This document shows, one piece after another, positions 61,248 through 64,000 of a DNA stretch of 64,000 bases. Position 1 is the stretch's first letter. Each line of letters opens with the position of its first letter. Below the pieces are notes generated by a model that worked only from the letters and a program-made list of their open reading frames with translations, ran no database searches and was not told where the DNA came from. Origin of the DNA: an uncultured Desulfohalobiaceae bacterium (GTDB lineage Bacteria; Desulfobacterota; Desulfovibrionia; Desulfovibrionales; Desulfothermaceae). A program made the translations under genes and the position numbers. Location of the stretch: the NCBI GenBank assembly GCA_964403955.1, contig CAYOID010000006.1:3867-67866 (forward strand). The letters run 5' to 3'.

Positions 61248-62381
61248 ATGAGTCTCGTCATGAACCACGAGCAACGCACCCGTTTTGCCCGGTCCCTGAT
61301 CCAGTGGTACCAGGAGCACAAGCGCTCCCTGCCCTGGAGGCAGGAGGTGACCCCATACAGGGTCTGGATATCCGAGATCATGCTCCAGCAGACCCAGGCC
61401 GAAAGGGTGATTCCCTTTTTTCAGAACTGGCTCCGGCTCTTTCCGGACATCAGATCGGTGGCCGAAGCTGCGCAGGATGAGCTGCTCAAGGCCTGGGAGG
61501 GGCTGGGCTACTACTCCCGGGCCAGACGCATCCAGGCAGCGGCCCAAAAAATAGCAGGCTCGCATGGCGGGTCATTGCCCCAGGACCTGGATGACCTGCT
61601 GGCACTGCCTGGAATCGGACCCTACACTGCTGCAGCGATCCTGAGCCTGGCCTTCAATCAGCCTGTTGCTGCTGTGGATGGCAATGTGGAACGGGTCTTG
61701 GCCCGGGTCCTGAACATCCCGGCCCCGGTCAAGACCAGGGCCAGCCAGCACCAGATCAGAGACACGGCCCAGGCCATGATCCCCGAAGGTCAAGCTCGGA
61801 CCTTCAACCAGGCCCTCATGGAGCTCGGGGCCACGGTCTGCCTCCCCAGAAAGCCGTCCTGCGCCGCATGTCCTGTGCGCGAGTCCTGTCAGAGCCTGGC
61901 TCAAGGGGTGGTTCTGCAGAGGCCCGTGCCTGGAAAGAAAACCCGCATCACCCCCATCCAGGTGGCTGCCGGGGTCCTGACCCGGGATTCCCGCATTTTC
62001 ATCCAGAAGCGCCCCCCGCAGGGGCTGATGGCCAACCTGTGGGAATTCCCTGGAGGCAAGCTCAAGGACGGGGAGAGCCCGGACCAGGCCCTCATACGTG
62101 AATTCAAGGAAGAACTGGACATGGACATCGCGGTCGGGGAAAAGATCACGGTCATCAAACACGGCTACACCACTTTTCGAGTCACCCTGCACGTCTTCTG
62201 GTGCAGTCCCGGCATTGATTCTCAAGAACCTGTGCTCAGAGCAGCCACTGACTCGACCTGGGTCCATCCCCATGACCTGGACCGTTATGCTTTTCCAGCC
62301 GCAGACAGGAAGCTGATCACCATCCTGGGCTCAAGCTTCAAGGACCTCTTCCTGCCACAAGAGCAGGCTGATCAGGAGTGA
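61248..62381 (+). CDS. mutY: A/G-specific adenine glycosylase MutY with Nudix-type C-domain
   Basis: The motifs WYQEHKRSLPWRQEVTPYRVWISEIMLQQTQ...LPGIGPYTAAAI...C..C....C (FeS loop) fit MutY. The C-terminus has GGKLKDGESPDQALIREFKEEL. ATG 61260 is an alternative start. Confidence 0.92.
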   Translation: MSLVMNHEQRTRFARSLIQWYQEHKRSLPWRQEVTPYRVWISEIMLQQTQAERVIPFFQNWLRLFPDIRSVAEAAQDELLKAWEGLGYYSRARRIQAAAQKIAGSHGGSLPQDLDDLLALPGIGPYTAAAILSLAFNQPVAAVDGNVERVLARVLNIPAPVKTRASQHQIRDTAQAMIPEGQARTFNQALMELGATVCLPRKPSCAACPVRESCQSLAQGVVLQRPVPGKKTRITPIQVAAGVLTRDSRIFIQKRPPQGLMANLWEFPGGKLKDGESPDQALIREFKEELDMDIAVGEKITVIKHGYTTFRVTLHVFWCSPGIDSQEPVLRAATDSTWVHPHDLDRYAFPAADRKLITILGSSFKDLFLPQEQADQE

Positions 62382-62409
62382 GGATGTGAAGCGCAGACAC
62401 AGCGTGGAC

Positions 62410-63384
62410 ATGCAGGCTGCCTGGCTGGAACACGGCTGTGCCTCAGTGCTGGCAAAGCCAATCCCAGCACCGGCAAAAGGAGAGGCCCTGATCAAGACCC
62501 TGATGGCCGGCATTTGCGCCACCGACCTGGAGCTGGCCAGGGGATACGCCCAGTTCTCCGGCATTCCCGGGCATGAATTCGTGGGCGAGGTGATCCAGGC
62601 TGAAGCGGCCCCGGATTTGATCGGCCGCAGGGTCGTGGCGGACATCAACTGCGGGTGCCGGGCCTGCGCCTGGTGCCTGGCAAACGACCCCAGACACTGC
62701 CCGGACCGGGAGGTCCTCGGCATCCGGAAACGGAACGGGGCCTGTGCCGAATTCCTGACCCTTCCTGTCTCCAACCTGCACCCTGTACCGGAGCGGGTCG
62801 ACACCCTGGAAGCCGTTTTTGCCGAACCCCTGGCCGCAGCTCTGGAAATCACCCAGCAGCTCCACATCAAGCACTCCACCCGGGTAGGAGTCCTGGGCGG
62901 AGGCAAGCTGGGCATCCTGATCGCCCTGAGCCTGAACCATGTCTCCTCAGCCGTGACCCTGATCGGCAGGCGTGCGGCCCTGCTGGACCTGGCGGCCCGC
63001 AAAGGAGTGCACACCGTGCTTTCTGGCTCAGAACACCCTGAAATGGCTGACTTTGATCTGGTGGTTGAGGCCACCGGCAGCCCCCAGGGCTTGAGCAACG
63101 CACTGGAACTGGTCCGGCCGGAAGGGACCGTGGTCTTGAAAACAACGACTCAGGACACTGCAGACGTTGATTTGAGCCCGATCGCGGTCAAGGAGATCAC
63201 CCTCATCGGGTCCAGATGCGGAGACCTGACCCTGGCCTTGAAGTATCTCGAACACGGCTGGATCATTGTGGACGATCTGGTGGAGGCGGTCTACCCGCTG
63301 CAGGATTTCCCAAAGGCCCTGGAGCATGCCTCCAGGCCGGGAACGCTCAAGGTCCTTGTGGCTGTTGACCGGGAAGGCTCATGA
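62410..63384 (+). CDS. zinc-dependent alcohol/threonine-dehydrogenase-family (MDR) oxidoreductase
   Basis: It contains GICATDLELARGY...GHEFVGEV and the structural Zn cluster CGCRACAWC. The start is ATG 62410 or GTG 62386. Confidence 0.85.
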   Translation: MQAAWLEHGCASVLAKPIPAPAKGEALIKTLMAGICATDLELARGYAQFSGIPGHEFVGEVIQAEAAPDLIGRRVVADINCGCRACAWCLANDPRHCPDREVLGIRKRNGACAEFLTLPVSNLHPVPERVDTLEAVFAEPLAAALEITQQLHIKHSTRVGVLGGGKLGILIALSLNHVSSAVTLIGRRAALLDLAARKGVHTVLSGSEHPEMADFDLVVEATGSPQGLSNALELVRPEGTVVLKTTTQDTADVDLSPIAVKEITLIGSRCGDLTLALKYLEHGWIIVDDLVEAVYPLQDFPKALEHASRPGTLKVLVAVDREGS

Positions 63385-63519
63385 TGTGGGCTCGCATGAA
63401 AATCATTCCCGGGGTCCACTGCTGCCCAGGCGGCGGGAAAAGAGAGCACCGGCTCCGGGTGGAGGGGAAAAAGATCCGGAAGCCGGTACTCATCATGGAT
63501 GGGGCACATGCAGGCGGCC

Positions 63520-63957
63520 TTAATGGCCCACAGAAATGACCCCAACAGCGGAAAGGATGAGAATCACGGCGATGATGAGGGCAAAATACAGGAAAATATA
63601 GGGCTTTTCCTTGTTGACGATCATGGAGACCACCGCCCCCCAGGCCCCGACCACCCCGGCAAAGCAGCAGACCCCGATGCCCAGCATGGCGATCCCGTCG
63701 CTGCTGGCCAGCTTCTCCAGATACCAGTGGCCGTACATGACCTCGCCGCCGGTGGCTTCCTTCCAGATCGTGCTTGAATCCTTGCCTTCGAACAAGCCCT
63801 GCATGATGATGTTCGGATCGAAGAACTGATTGGCCCCGAAGAGATACATGACAATACCCACCAGGGCGATGAGCAGCCCGGCAATCGCGATCCAATAGGC
63901 GAACTCGCCGTAGACAAGCCCGGACAGGAGCGGTTTTTGGACATTTTGCTCAGACAT
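63520..63957 (-). CDS. small polytopic membrane protein, family not recognised
   Basis: ATG 63957 has a GGAGG RBS. The protein has four hydrophobic segments (EFAYWIAIAGLLIALVGIVMYLF ... FALIIAVILILSAVGVI). Confidence 0.6.
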   Translation of the reverse strand: MSEQNVQKPLLSGLVYGEFAYWIAIAGLLIALVGIVMYLFGANQFFDPNIIMQGLFEGKDSSTIWKEATGGEVMYGHWYLEKLASSDGIAMLGIGVCCFAGVVGAWGAVVSMIVNKEKPYIFLYFALIIAVILILSAVGVISVGH

Positions 63958-64000
63958 AGCCACCTCCTAGAGCATGCTGATTGCTTTCATGACGAGCCTG

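Noticed and set aside
1-64000. Search for CRISPR arrays, rRNA genes, intact IS or transposase genes, and toxin-antitoxin or obvious defence systems
   Set aside because: No regularly spaced direct repeats with unique spacers were seen. No rRNA-like sequence was seen, and no DDE or HUH transposase or typical defence-gene signatures appear in any plausible ORF.
63968-64000. End of a minus-strand gene running off the right edge (...QARHESNQHAL, stop at 63968-63970)
   Set aside because: Only 10 codons are visible, so no call is possible.

Overview
This is a high-GC bacterial chromosome segment (roughly 58-60% by eye). Its gene content (secreted CbiK, FmdB zinc ribbon, DUF362 ferredoxin, Mo-oxidoreductase, L,D-transpeptidase plus Csd4-like peptidase) suggests an anaerobic Desulfobacterota or Desulfovibrio-like organism, which is inference only.

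Positions 1-40.3 kb are almost entirely minus-strand and form a dense trace-metal and corrinoid acquisition region. In order, it contains:
- a partial DUF1007 gene;
- an outer-membrane barrel plus orphan binding-protein operon;
- a long feoA-feoA-feoB operon that also carries two DUF4198 periplasmic proteins, a small secreted Cys/His protein, a FeoB-associated Cys-rich peptide and a coiled-coil porin;
- a DUF2325 protein;
- DtxR-family and Fur-family regulators with an orphan His-rich ZnuA;
- a BtuFCD-like ABC importer;
- a six-gene TonB2/Ttp-like energiser (TPR, DUF3450, long MotA/ExbB, ExbB, ExbD, TonB);
- a cobalamin-riboswitch-controlled module: TonB-dependent receptor, DUF2162-like protein, MotA/ExbB, DUF2149-like protein, a secreted BtuF-CbiZ fusion, a secreted and membrane-anchored 1302-aa CobN-type chelatase, and two CbiK paralogues.

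Positions 40.3-42.8 kb hold a degenerate tyrosine recombinase, tRNA-Phe, SNF2/SWIM gene wreckage and tRNA-Leu. Positions 42.9-64 kb are housekeeping: ribF, ClC channel, RNA m5C methyltransferase, purB, pyrE, peptidoglycan-trimming pair, pseudouridine synthase, Mo-oxidoreductase, mutY and a Zn-ADH.

Non-coding highlights:
- Two about 98%-identical cobalamin riboswitch aptamers lie 2.1 kb apart.
- A short leader motif overlapping an intrinsic terminator recurs in front of three metal operons. I cannot assign it to a known riboswitch class.
- A modular, hairpin-rich intergenic repeat family occurs at 7 or more sites, some as inverted pairs bracketing genes.
- A GGGCGAGCGCCGCTCGCCC palindromic REP-like family is also present.

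No CRISPR array, rRNA gene or intact transposase was seen. All family assignments come from reading the translations and recalling family signatures; no database search was run.
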